Shown here: in pieces, positions 28,907 to 38,072 of the stretch
How the letters are laid out: each line of letters starts with the position of its first letter
Numbering within the stretch: position 1 is the stretch's first letter
DNA from: a bacterium
GTDB lineage: Bacteria; Ratteibacteria; UBA8468; B48-G9; DTJG01
Length of the DNA stretch: 50,408 nt
Direction: 5' to 3'
Assembly: GCA_035392545.1 (NCBI GenBank)
Contig: DAONMJ010000002.1
Location: forward strand, 1 to 50,408
Made by a program: the position numbers and the translations under genes
The notes under the pieces: model-generated
What the model saw: the letters and a program-made list of their open reading frames with translations, nothing else
Database searches by the model: none
What the model was told of the DNA's origin: nothing

Positions 28907-29665
28907 TTAACTGAATTTGCCTGTCAGATATTCTTCTGTTTTTTTATGTTCAGGCGCAGTGAAAATCTTTTTTGTCGGACCATATTCAACTAATTCTCCG
29001 AGATATAAAAATGCAACATAATCAGAAATTCTTGCTGCCTGCGCAGTATTATGTGTGACAATGATAATTGTCGTTGTTTGTTTCAGCTGTTCTACCAGTT
29101 GTTCAATCATAAGGGTTGATTTTGGATCAAGGGATGATGTGGGTTCGTCAAGAAGGATAATATCAGGATTCATTGCCAGTGCCCTTGCAATACATAATCT
29201 TTGTTGCTGTCCTCCTGAAAGAAAACTACCACGCCTGTGAAGAGAATCCTTTACTTCATCCCAGAGACCAACCTTTTTTAAAGTATCAATAACAATTGCA
29301 TCCTTTTTTTGTTTGCTCAATTTTATTCCATTAAGGATGAAACCAGAAATGACATTGTCGTATATACTCATGGTAGGAAATGGGTTTGGTCTCTGAAATA
29401 CCATTCCAATTTTTCTTCTTACAAGTATTGGATTCATTGAATAGATATCATCACCGTGCAACAGAATTTTTCCTGAATATGTTGCTCCTTGCGAGAACTC
29501 ATGCATTCTATTGATGCATCTGATCATTGTTGTTTTTCCACAGCCTGATGGACCCATGATTGCGGTGACTGTGTTTTGATGAACAGCAAAGTTGATATTG
29601 TTGAGTATATTACATTTATCAAAACCCGCAGAAAAATTTTCGACAATTAAAAGTTTGTTTTCCAT
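28907..29665 (-). CDS. pstB: Phosphate ABC transporter ATP-binding protein
   Basis: 252 aa. Walker A GPSGCGKTT, signature LSGGQQQRL, Walker B ILLDEPTSSLD, and PstB-typical flanks. Confidence 0.96.
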   Translation of the reverse strand: MENKLLIVENFSAGFDKCNILNNINFAVHQNTVTAIMGPSGCGKTTMIRCINRMHEFSQGATYSGKILLHGDDIYSMNPILVRRKIGMVFQRPNPFPTMSIYDNVISGFILNGIKLSKQKKDAIVIDTLKKVGLWDEVKDSLHRRGSFLSGGQQQRLCIARALAMNPDIILLDEPTSSLDPKSTLMIEQLVEQLKQTTTIIIVTHNTAQAARISDYVAFLYLGELVEYGPTKKIFTAPEHKKTEEYLTGKFS

Positions 29666-30489
29666 TTTTTTGATATGATCCTTGCAAGTATGTTAAAGGT
29701 AAAAACAATGATTAACAGTACAAGAGCCGCGCCCCAGGCAATTGTATGCCATTGTTGATATGGACTGGTTGAGTAATTGAAAACAAGTAAGGGCAATGTA
29801 TTTACTGGTTTTGTGATATTGAAGTTCATAAAGGGATTACCAAATGCAGTGAATAATAAAGGAGCAGTTTCCCCTGCTATTCGAGCGAGCGCAATAAGGA
29901 TACCTGTGATTATTCCACTGAGACCCGCTGGCACAATCACTTTTAAAATTGTTCTGAAATAGGGTACCCCAAGCGCAAAAGAAGCTTCTCTCAAGGTTGA
30001 TTGTATCATGTTTAAGGTTTCTTCTGTAGATTTAACAACAACAGGTAACATAATAATTGCAAGAGCAATGCCTCCTGATAGAGCCGAAAATGATTTCATT
30101 GGTTTTACAATCCACAAATAGGCAATGATTCCAATAACTATTGAAGGAATACTTGCAAGCACATCAATGCATACCCGTAATATTTCAGAAAACAAACTTT
30201 TTCTGTTTTCTGACAGATAAATACCCATTAATAACGATACAGGACTTGCAATAATAAAAGCAATCATTACAACAATAAAAGTTCCAACAATGGCATTTGA
30301 AATACCACCACCATGTTCTCCAACAGGTTTCGGAAGATGAAAAAAGAATTCAAAATTGATAACTGTAATTCCATTTTTTACAATAAAAGCAAGAATTCCC
30401 AGCAATGGCAAGCAGGCAGTAAACGCAAACACAATTATCAGTATCGTAAACACTCTATCCTGCAAAATTCTTTTTTTAAGTTTTTCCAT
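29647..30489 (-). CDS. pstA: Phosphate ABC transporter permease PstA
   Basis: 280 aa polytopic protein with an EAA-type loop (REASFALGVPYFRTILKVIVP). Its position between pstC and pstB fits. Confidence 0.9.
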   Translation of the reverse strand: MEKLKKRILQDRVFTILIIVFAFTACLPLLGILAFIVKNGITVINFEFFFHLPKPVGEHGGGISNAIVGTFIVVMIAFIIASPVSLLMGIYLSENRKSLFSEILRVCIDVLASIPSIVIGIIAYLWIVKPMKSFSALSGGIALAIIMLPVVVKSTEETLNMIQSTLREASFALGVPYFRTILKVIVPAGLSGIITGILIALARIAGETAPLLFTAFGNPFMNFNITKPVNTLPLLVFNYSTSPYQQWHTIAWGAALVLLIIVFTFNILARIISKKWKTNF

Positions 30490-30491
30490 AA

Positions 30492-31463
30492 TTACACATG
30501 CACAGCAAACTTTCTGATAATAATTTTTCCTAAAATGCTGACAATAGTTGTGACAATAAACAGAACAATGCCTATTTCAATGAGACTTGAAAGATGAATG
30601 GTGGTAACTGCTTCTGCAAATTCGTTTGCTATGATGGATGCCATTGTATTTGCAGGCGCAAAAATTGTTTTTGGTATCTGATTTGAATTTCCTATTACCA
30701 TTGTTACAGCCATTGTTTCGCCTATGGCTCTTCCAAGCGCAAGTAAAATACCTGCTATTAAACCGCTTCTGGCATATGGTAATATGAGATGCCTTGCCAC
30801 CTCGTATCTTGTGCTTCCGAGAGCATATGCGGCTTCTTTGATTTCTGAGGGTATCATTTCAATTACTTCTCTTCCGAGCGAAGCCGAAAATGGGATAATC
30901 ATTACAGAAAGCACAATTGAAGCAGTGAATATCCCGACTCCATAAGGGTCAATGCCAGATTTTATCTGAAGATATCTTACAGCAGGGACAATGACAAATA
31001 TGCCAAAAAACCCATATACAACAGATGGCACGCCAGCAAGTAAATCTATGCTGTTTTTCAAAAAATTAGCATACATACCTGTTTTTGAAAATTCTCCAAG
31101 ATATATTGATATTGCTATAGAAAATGGAATGGTGATGAGAATTGCTAAAAATGAAGTTAAAAGGGTTCCAAGGATGAAGGGTAATGCTCCGAATTGTTCA
31201 AACACAGGATCCCAGATTTTACCAGTAAAAAATTTAAAACCAAACATTTTAATTGAAGGAATGGAATTGATAACCAATGACAAGAATATGGATAATGTCA
31301 GCACGAAAATGAGTATTCCAGAAAATAAAAGAATTGTTTTAAACAAAAAATCAGGTATGGGGTGCTGATTATTGAAAAACCACCTGACCCTGGAGTGCTT
31401 TCCAGGGTCAGGTTTGTGACACACTTGTTGAGTTTTATGTTCCGAAGGTTTTATATTTGCCAT
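30492..31463 (-). CDS. pstC: Phosphate ABC transporter permease PstC
   Basis: 323 aa polytopic protein with EAA loop KEAAYALGSTRYEVARHLILP. Sits directly downstream of pstS. Confidence 0.9.
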   Translation of the reverse strand: MANIKPSEHKTQQVCHKPDPGKHSRVRWFFNNQHPIPDFLFKTILLFSGILIFVLTLSIFLSLVINSIPSIKMFGFKFFTGKIWDPVFEQFGALPFILGTLLTSFLAILITIPFSIAISIYLGEFSKTGMYANFLKNSIDLLAGVPSVVYGFFGIFVIVPAVRYLQIKSGIDPYGVGIFTASIVLSVMIIPFSASLGREVIEMIPSEIKEAAYALGSTRYEVARHLILPYARSGLIAGILLALGRAIGETMAVTMVIGNSNQIPKTIFAPANTMASIIANEFAEAVTTIHLSSLIEIGIVLFIVTTIVSILGKIIIRKFAVHV

Positions 31464-31495
31464 TTATATTATTTTACCTGAATGTCATTATTCTT

Positions 31496-32548
31496 TCAAT
31501 TTATTATTCTTTTTCCATTGTAAGTGATGGATTTTATTAAATTTTCTGCTTTCATAACTGCCTGTTTTGGAAGTGGAGCGTAATGGAGTTCTGTCGTGTA
31601 TTTCTGTCCCTGATGGGTCATCCACCACAAAATATTAACAAGATTTTTTGCCCTATCATAAGATCTGTTATTATAGTTCTGTTCTTTATAAACGATAATC
31701 CATGTGAATCCACTAATTGGGTAACCTTCTTTTGCATCAGTATCAGTGATGGATATTCGCATATCATAAGGAAGTTTAATATCTCCAGCAATGCTTGTGC
31801 TTGTAAGGGATGGTTTTACAAACACGCCACTTTTGTTCTGGATTGTGGCATATGGAATTTTGTTTGAAATAGCATAAATAAGTTCCACATATCCAATAGA
31901 ATATGGAATCTGTTTAATAAGTCCTGCAACGCCAGGGTTCCCTTTTCCACCAAGACCGGATGGCCAGTTCACAGAAGTTCCTGTTCCAATTTTTGTTTTC
32001 CATTCAGCACTGATTTTACTCAAATAATCAGTGAAAATAAAAGTTGTTCCACTTCCATCTGATCTATGAGCAGTGACCAAATTTGCATCAGGAAGCTTTG
32101 CTTTAGGGTTTGCTTTTTGTAATCTTGGGTCGTTCCACTTTTTAATTTTGCCAAGAAATATGTCAGCAATCAATTCTGGAGTAAGATTTAATTCAGAAAT
32201 ACCTGGAAGATTGTATGCAAGAACAACAGCACCCATACAAACAGGGATATGTACTACGTCAGCACCCATTTCTTTAAGTTGCTGGTCAGTAAGAAATGCG
32301 TCTGAACCGCCGAAATCAACTGTTTTTGCCATTAACTGTCTTATTCCACCGCCAGAGCCAATTGCTGAGTAGTTGATTTTTATTCCCTGTTCTTTGTTAT
32401 AGACATCAAACATTTTCGAGTATAAAGGATACGGGAATGTTGCACCTGCGCCAGTGATTTCATGGTCAGATGCTTTGATTGACGCGCAAAAAATCAGCAT
32501 TAATCCAGCTATTCCTGCTATGAATTTTTTAAACTTTTTCATATTCAT
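31496..32548 (-). CDS. pstS: Periplasmic phosphate-binding protein PstS
   Basis: 350 aa. Signal peptide, then GAGATFPYPLY, GSGGGI and SDGSGTTF blocks. Confidence 0.92.
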   Translation of the reverse strand: MNMKKFKKFIAGIAGLMLIFCASIKASDHEITGAGATFPYPLYSKMFDVYNKEQGIKINYSAIGSGGGIRQLMAKTVDFGGSDAFLTDQQLKEMGADVVHIPVCMGAVVLAYNLPGISELNLTPELIADIFLGKIKKWNDPRLQKANPKAKLPDANLVTAHRSDGSGTTFIFTDYLSKISAEWKTKIGTGTSVNWPSGLGGKGNPGVAGLIKQIPYSIGYVELIYAISNKIPYATIQNKSGVFVKPSLTSTSIAGDIKLPYDMRISITDTDAKEGYPISGFTWIIVYKEQNYNNRSYDRAKNLVNILWWMTHQGQKYTTELHYAPLPKQAVMKAENLIKSITYNGKRIIN

Positions 32549-32572
32549 CCTCCCTTTTTTGTTATAATGTTG

Positions 32573-33823
32573 TTAAAATTTTATCTGCAGTTGTGTGAAC
32601 CACTCATTTTTATTGGAAGCAATATTTCCACCCTGGTCATCATTTCTCCATCTATAGTTGGTGCTGAGTTTGGTAAGTTTGTTTAGATAAAGATTAAAGC
32701 CAGCAGTGAAAATTGTTTGTGTGTTTTTTGATACTTTTGTATTAGGGTCGTACACTTCATATTTGACGACTGGTTCAATACTTTTACCATTATTGAGTGG
32801 TACATTGTAAGCGCATTGTACAAAATAACCATTCTTTTTGGTTGTTGATGTATTTTTTTCTTCCTGGCCGATATATTCTGCGAGCATTCTTAAATTTTTA
32901 TATTGATACTTCAACATAAAATCATTTCTTGTTCTGTCTTTTTCATTTGCTCCAGTACCCTGTTTGCCGGATTGATAACCGTACCCAAATTTAAGTCCTG
33001 AAGCTACATTTTCGCTTCCTTCCCATGGAGCAAACACAATTCTTCCAGTAACATCTTTATTGTCGTTGTCGTCAGATTTATTTCCTCCAGTCCCATTTGT
33101 CAGAGAAACACCATAATAGATTTTTCCACCAATGAAATTTCCATCAATCATGATACCTTTGTCATATTCTGTTGCCAGGTTATTGACTGGAAGAGACCTT
33201 TCTATTGTGTCAAGCGCGGATGATGAGATGTTATATTCTTCTGAAAATGGAAGTTTAAACTGTCCAACCGTAATATTGAACTGCGGAAGATATGACATTT
33301 TTATCCACGCGTCTGTGAGCAAGTCATTATCTTTCCCTTTTAATGCATCAAATTCAATCTTGAAGGAAACATTGTCAATTACCTTGCCTGAGAGACCTAT
33401 TCTTGTTCTTTTGAGTGAAAATTCGTCATTTTTGCCTGAGAAATCGTAAGAATCATATCTTCCCTGAATATAACCGCCAATCTTTATATTTTCAGCAGCA
33501 GAAGTTTTTATTGAATTCTTTGCAGCATCTTCTTTTTGTTTTTTTGTGATATTTTCAACTGCAGCCAGCATTTCCTTACTTTCTTCAGCAGTGATAACAC
33601 CCTTTTGAACAAGCAAGTTTAAAAGTATATACATTTCTTCTTTACTTGCATGCGCCTGGTTGATTGGTAACAACGTTAGCATAAACATTATCAACCCACC
33701 AAACATCATTCTTATTCTACTTGCAAAAGTCCCGCATTTTTTTACTTCTTTTTCTTCCATACTTTTCCTCCCTTTGTTAAAATTTTCAATATTTTTTCTT
33801 GCATTTTCACTGCCTTCATTCAT
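32573..33823 (-). CDS. Outer-membrane porin, phosphate-selective porin O/P-like
   Basis: 416 aa. Signal peptide ending AHA, alternating beta-strand pattern and C-terminal ...FTQLQIKF (terminal aromatic residue). Located at the head of the pst genes. Two in-frame SD-ATG starts exist, at 33823 and 33760. Confidence 0.65.
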   Translation of the reverse strand: MNEGSENARKNIENFNKGRKSMEEKEVKKCGTFASRIRMMFGGLIMFMLTLLPINQAHASKEEMYILLNLLVQKGVITAEESKEMLAAVENITKKQKEDAAKNSIKTSAAENIKIGGYIQGRYDSYDFSGKNDEFSLKRTRIGLSGKVIDNVSFKIEFDALKGKDNDLLTDAWIKMSYLPQFNITVGQFKLPFSEEYNISSSALDTIERSLPVNNLATEYDKGIMIDGNFIGGKIYYGVSLTNGTGGNKSDDNDNKDVTGRIVFAPWEGSENVASGLKFGYGYQSGKQGTGANEKDRTRNDFMLKYQYKNLRMLAEYIGQEEKNTSTTKKNGYFVQCAYNVPLNNGKSIEPVVKYEVYDPNTKVSKNTQTIFTAGFNLYLNKLTKLSTNYRWRNDDQGGNIASNKNEWFTQLQIKF

Positions 33824-33895
33824 ATTGCCTCCTTGTTGAAAAATTTTTTTACACAGATATAGTAGCCGTAATTTTTAAAGAAAAAATAAAGGAAT

Positions 33896-33912
33896 TGTTA
33901 AAATTGTGTTAA
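33896..33912 (-). promoter_or_regulatory. Candidate Pho box: direct repeat TTAACA-caatt-TTAACA (minus-strand reading)
   Basis: Two identical hexamers with an 11-bp period lie in the 118-nt phoR-porin gap, upstream of the porin-pstSCAB-phoU genes. The architecture matches OmpR/PhoB-family direct-repeat sites such as the TT(A/T/C)ACA repeats bound by Bacillus PhoP. Confidence 0.35.
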
Positions 33913-33941
33913 TTTTTTACGCTGATTGAAAGTGTAGATTT

Positions 33942-35654
33942 TCAGGCAGGCAGTTTAATAATAAAGTTGGTTCCTTTGCCAGGCGTGCTTTCTACATTTA
34001 TTGTTCCATTATGCAAAAGTACTATATGTTTTACAATGGAAAGTCCCAGCCCAGTACCACCAGTTTGTCTGCTTCTGGCTTTGTCAACGACATAGAACCG
34101 TTCGAAAATTTTTGGTATATGCTGTGGTGGAATACCAATACCTGTGTCTGCAATCTTTATGATCACAGCATTGTTTCGATGATTCATGGAAATAGTGATT
34201 TGACCTTTTTCTGTGAATCTTATTGCATTGTCAATAAGATTGATGAACATTTGTTCGAGCCGGAATGCATCTCCATTAATTTCCGGGATATTGTTATAGA
34301 TAAGTTCTATTTTTATACCTTTTTCCATTGCTTTTTTTGAAAAAAGTGATATGGCATTATTTGCAATGTTAATGATGTCCACTTTTTTAAACTCAACAAC
34401 AGGTTTTTCATTTTCAAGTTGAGCCAGTGTGATGAGGTCTTCTACAATTTTTTCAAGCCTTTCCGAATGATGTTTCACTATATCAAGAAATTTTTTATTC
34501 TCTGGGTTTTCAATGTTTTCTTCTATTGTTTCAATGTAACCTTTGATTGCGGTTAAAGGGGTCTTCAATTCATGTGAGACAGCAATTACAAAGTCCTTTT
34601 TCCTTTCCTGTATGTCTTTTATCGTTGAAATATCAATAAGAACAACCAAAATTTGTTCATATTCTTCCAGTGGTGTGGATTTACATAAAAAGGTTTTGTC
34701 TTTTATTTTGATTTCCCGTTCGATTGTTTTTTTCGTTTCGTTTACTTCTCTTATTATTTTGAGAATATCAAAGTTTTTTATTTTTTCCCACCAGAGGCCC
34801 TTTGTTTCTGGTATTTCAAGAATTTCTTTGAAGTAAGAATTTGATAGTGCTACATCTCCTTTTATGTCTATGATGCCTATAGGAAAGTTAACAAGTTCTA
34901 TAAATTTGACCAGTTCTTCAGAAACAATTTTTTCTTTTTTTGCGAAATTTGCCATTTCACCAGCGAAGTTAGTTAGATTTTGCATGATTTTATGGATTTC
35001 TTGGATTTTATTATTAATAATTATATCAGGGGTTCTTCCGGATTTTATTTCCTCGGTGAAATCAAGAATTTCATAAATTGGTTCTGTCGCAAATTTTGCA
35101 AGTAAAAGCGAGAAAACAATTCCAAAAAATAATGCTATCAAAACCACATTCAGGATTTTGATTTTTTGGCTTATTAATGCGATTTTTGCTTTATCTACGG
35201 GAATACTCGCCCTGATAACAATGCTATTTTCAGCGATGTTTTTTGCGCAATATATCATATATGAATCAATTGTTGGACTCCATCTGATGGCATTGCCATA
35301 TCCTATTTCAAGTGCCTGTTTGAATTCAGGTCTATCTGAATGATTTTCCATTTCTTCAGCATTTTTTCTGGAGTCAGCAAGAACATCTCCATTGTGATTG
35401 ATAATCGTTATTCTTATGCCAGTTTTTTCATCAATACTTGTTATGACGCGTTGAATATCATTAGAATTTTTCGTGATTTTTGATGTCTGAATAATTGTTT
35501 CAACGGCACTTACTATATTCAAAAGTTTGTGATTAATATTTTCAAGATATTGTGTTTTCAGTATGCGGATAAAGAAAAACAAAACAATTAATGCAACACA
35601 GAAAGTGAACAGAAAGGATTTTAAAAACATTTTGAAAAATAGTTTTCTTTTCAT
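33942..35654 (-). CDS. phoR: Phosphate regulon sensor histidine kinase (TM - extracytoplasmic domain - TM - PAS - HisKA - HATPase)
   Basis: 570 aa. H-box AVSHELKTPLTAI, N box NLIDNAIRF, G boxes DTGIGI and GGTGLGLSIV. ATGA-type overlap with phoB. Confidence 0.85.
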   Translation of the reverse strand: MKRKLFFKMFLKSFLFTFCVALIVLFFFIRILKTQYLENINHKLLNIVSAVETIIQTSKITKNSNDIQRVITSIDEKTGIRITIINHNGDVLADSRKNAEEMENHSDRPEFKQALEIGYGNAIRWSPTIDSYMIYCAKNIAENSIVIRASIPVDKAKIALISQKIKILNVVLIALFFGIVFSLLLAKFATEPIYEILDFTEEIKSGRTPDIIINNKIQEIHKIMQNLTNFAGEMANFAKKEKIVSEELVKFIELVNFPIGIIDIKGDVALSNSYFKEILEIPETKGLWWEKIKNFDILKIIREVNETKKTIEREIKIKDKTFLCKSTPLEEYEQILVVLIDISTIKDIQERKKDFVIAVSHELKTPLTAIKGYIETIEENIENPENKKFLDIVKHHSERLEKIVEDLITLAQLENEKPVVEFKKVDIINIANNAISLFSKKAMEKGIKIELIYNNIPEINGDAFRLEQMFINLIDNAIRFTEKGQITISMNHRNNAVIIKIADTGIGIPPQHIPKIFERFYVVDKARSRQTGGTGLGLSIVKHIVLLHNGTINVESTPGKGTNFIIKLPA

Positions 35655-36328
35655 TCTTCTATTTTGTAACCAATACCCCTGATATTTTTGATAAATTTAC
35701 CTGCTTCTCCAAGTTTTTCTCTCAGTTTTTTTATGTGCACATCAATGGTTCTATCGATTACTGCCTTTTCTCCGTGCCACAACAGGTCGAGAATTGTTTC
35801 CCTCGGGAAAACCCACCCTTTTTTGCTCAACAGGATTTTAAGAATGTTAAATTCAGTTGTGGTCAGGTGTATTTTTTTATTTTTTACATGAACTTCATAT
35901 TTTTGAGTATCGACTACAAGAATACCTCCGATAGAAACAATTGTATGTTCAACATTATGGCGTCTTAACACACTTCTTACCCTTGCGACGAGCTCTCTTG
36001 GAGAAAAAGGTTTGGTAACATAGTCATCTGCTCCTAATTCAAGGCCAAGAATTTTGTCAGATTCATCGGATTTTGCAGTGAGAATGATAACTGGAATGGA
36101 GCGGTAATCAACACTTGCTTTGAGATACTTGCAGATTTCTAAACCGTCTGCATCGGGTAGCATTAAATCAAGAATAATCAGGTCAGGAATTTTATTTTTC
36201 AGGAAATTGAAAAAGTTTTGGGATGATTGAAATTCAATAACAATAAATCCTGATTTTCTCAAATGCAGAGCAATCAGATTGGATATGTCTTTTTCGTCTT
36301 CAACAATAAAAACAGTTTTGCCATTCAT
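35651..36328 (-). CDS. phoB: OmpR/PhoB-family response regulator
   Basis: 225 aa. Receiver (VEDE, ILDLMLPDADG, LTAKSD, KPF) plus a winged-helix output domain (LTTTEFNILKIL..., IRGIGYK). Confidence 0.88.
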   Translation of the reverse strand: MNGKTVFIVEDEKDISNLIALHLRKSGFIVIEFQSSQNFFNFLKNKIPDLIILDLMLPDADGLEICKYLKASVDYRSIPVIILTAKSDESDKILGLELGADDYVTKPFSPRELVARVRSVLRRHNVEHTIVSIGGILVVDTQKYEVHVKNKKIHLTTTEFNILKILLSKKGWVFPRETILDLLWHGEKAVIDRTIDVHIKKLREKLGEAGKFIKNIRGIGYKIEE

Positions 36329-36334
36329 ACAGTT

Positions 36335-36340
36335 ATTATA
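36335..36340 (-). promoter_or_regulatory. Consensus TATAAT -10 box, 6 nt upstream of the phoB ATG
   Basis: Minus-strand reading: TATAAT aactgt ATG. There is no Shine-Dalgarno and no good -35 (TTTTTA). It lies in the 38-nt gap after the HD-GYP gene. Confidence 0.4.
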
Positions 36341-36366
36341 ATCTGAAAGGCAGGTAATAAAAAGAA

Positions 36367-37449
36367 TTATTCAAGCACAAAGTGTTTGTTTACGAAAAGG
36401 TCAATGCAGGCATCAACGACCTGCTCGTCAAAATGTTTACCTTTCAACTGTTTCAGTTCATGGATCGCTTCATCAAGGGATTTTCGGTTTCTGTAAGGTC
36501 TGTATGAAAGCATTGCTTCAATGGAATCAGCGACAGCAATAATTCTTGCTTCAAGAATAATCTGGTCTTTTTTTACACCATGAGGATACCCTGAACCATC
36601 CAATCGTTCATGGTGCTGAAGAACAACTTCTGCTATGGGCCATGGGAATTCTATTTTTTTCAGTATTTCATGTCCTGATAATGGATGCATTTTTACAATG
36701 TTATATTCATATGAATTCAGTTTCCCTGGCCTGCTTAAAATTTCCGCTGGCACAACAATTTTTCCTACATCGTGAAGAAGCCCCATAAGTAAAATGCCTT
36801 CGGCATCTTCATGTCTTATCCCTAAGTTCAGCGCAATGGCATGAGCAAGTGCTGCCACCCTTCTTTCATGACCTGCAGTAAGGGGGTCTCTTTTTTCCAC
36901 TGTTGTGGAAAGTGCACTAACCGTACCATGCAATGTTTTCTTCAATCTATCATGACTTTCTTTGAGATATTCTTCGATTTCTTTCAGAGAGGTAATGTCC
37001 CTGAGAACAAAAATGGCAGTCGCATCACTTTGTTGCACTGGTATTACGGGATCAGCAGTGATTTCGTACCATCTTCCCTCGGTTTTTATTATATCTTTCT
37101 GCCTTGTGAGTTTCTGTTTCAAATTTAAGAAAAGAGTTTTTAAACACAAAACGAGATTTTCATCCCGAAAAAGTTCATCAATTTTTTTCCCGATAATCTG
37201 GTCAAATGGCTTTTTCAAAAAATCTGCCAGCATAATATTGCATCGAATGACTGACATCTGGCTGTTAACAAGACATATCATCTCAGAAAGAGAATCAAAG
37301 ATATTTCTCCATTCCTGGGCTGCTTCAAAAAATGATGATTGCGGGAATGTTTTCAGGATTTCAATTTTTTGATAGGCTTGCTCAAGTTGGTTTTGAAGAA
37401 ACTCAATCCTTTTTTCCAGATGGTTATTTCTATTTTTTTCTTGGTTCAT
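36367..37449 (-). CDS. Coiled-coil + PAS + HD-GYP domain protein (putative c-di-GMP phosphodiesterase)
   Basis: 360 aa. HD-GYP hallmarks HDVGK and HHERLDGSGYPHG, preceded by a PAS-like region and an N-terminal heptad-rich stretch. Confidence 0.85.
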   Translation of the reverse strand: MNQEKNRNNHLEKRIEFLQNQLEQAYQKIEILKTFPQSSFFEAAQEWRNIFDSLSEMICLVNSQMSVIRCNIMLADFLKKPFDQIIGKKIDELFRDENLVLCLKTLFLNLKQKLTRQKDIIKTEGRWYEITADPVIPVQQSDATAIFVLRDITSLKEIEEYLKESHDRLKKTLHGTVSALSTTVEKRDPLTAGHERRVAALAHAIALNLGIRHEDAEGILLMGLLHDVGKIVVPAEILSRPGKLNSYEYNIVKMHPLSGHEILKKIEFPWPIAEVVLQHHERLDGSGYPHGVKKDQIILEARIIAVADSIEAMLSYRPYRNRKSLDEAIHELKQLKGKHFDEQVVDACIDLFVNKHFVLE

Positions 37450-37475
37450 ATTAACTTTTATGAAGGCCGTTTTGA

Positions 37476-38054
37476 TTATTTTTGAGGGTTGATAAGTTTT
37501 TTTATATGTTCAGCAATCTCATAATAATCAAAGGGTTTCATTATACATAAACTTGCACCTTTCTTTTTTATCTTTTCAATATTTTCTCTTGTTCCGTAGC
37601 CTGTGATGGCAATAATTTTTGTATCTTTTGTGATTGGGTCTGATTTAATTTTTCCAACTATTTCAAATCCATCCATCCCCGGCATTACAATATCAATAAT
37701 GGCAATATCTGGTTTGAATGTAACCGTCAGTCGTCCTGCATCAAAACTATCTGTTGTTCCATAAACTTCGTATGAAGAGTTTATTTTTTGAAGAAATAAA
37801 ACAAGGGTTTTTACAATATGAGGGTCATCGTCAACGACCAGAATTTTTGTTTTTCTTTCATGTTTCTTAAGCACCGTTGAAGTAGATTTCAAAATTTTTT
37901 CTATTTTGTCCTTTGGAATACGGTAATGACCACCCACTGTTTTGATGGCGCTAATTTTTCCTGACTGTATCCAGTAAAAAACTGTTATCCGCGAACAATT
38001 CAAAATTTTTGCAAGTTGTCCTGTTGTGTAAAATTCATCGTTTGAATTTAACAT
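37476..38054 (-). CDS. Response regulator with reversed architecture: N-terminal excisionase/MerR-type HTH, C-terminal receiver
   Basis: 192 aa. The HTH is YTTGQLAKILNCSRITVFYWIQSGKISAIKTVGGHYRI. The receiver follows, with VVDDD, the acceptor Asp in IIDIVMPGMDG, AITG and KPF. Confidence 0.8.
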   Translation of the reverse strand: MLNSNDEFYTTGQLAKILNCSRITVFYWIQSGKISAIKTVGGHYRIPKDKIEKILKSTSTVLKKHERKTKILVVDDDPHIVKTLVLFLQKINSSYEVYGTTDSFDAGRLTVTFKPDIAIIDIVMPGMDGFEIVGKIKSDPITKDTKIIAITGYGTRENIEKIKKKGASLCIMKPFDYYEIAEHIKKLINPQK

Positions 38055-38072
38055 TTTTTACCCTTTCTGACA

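Noticed and set aside
33921-33945. Possible terminator hairpin after phoR (TGAAA-gtgtagat-TTTCA)
   Set aside because: It is a 5-bp all-weak stem with an 8-nt loop and no following T tract on the phoR strand, so it is not convincing.
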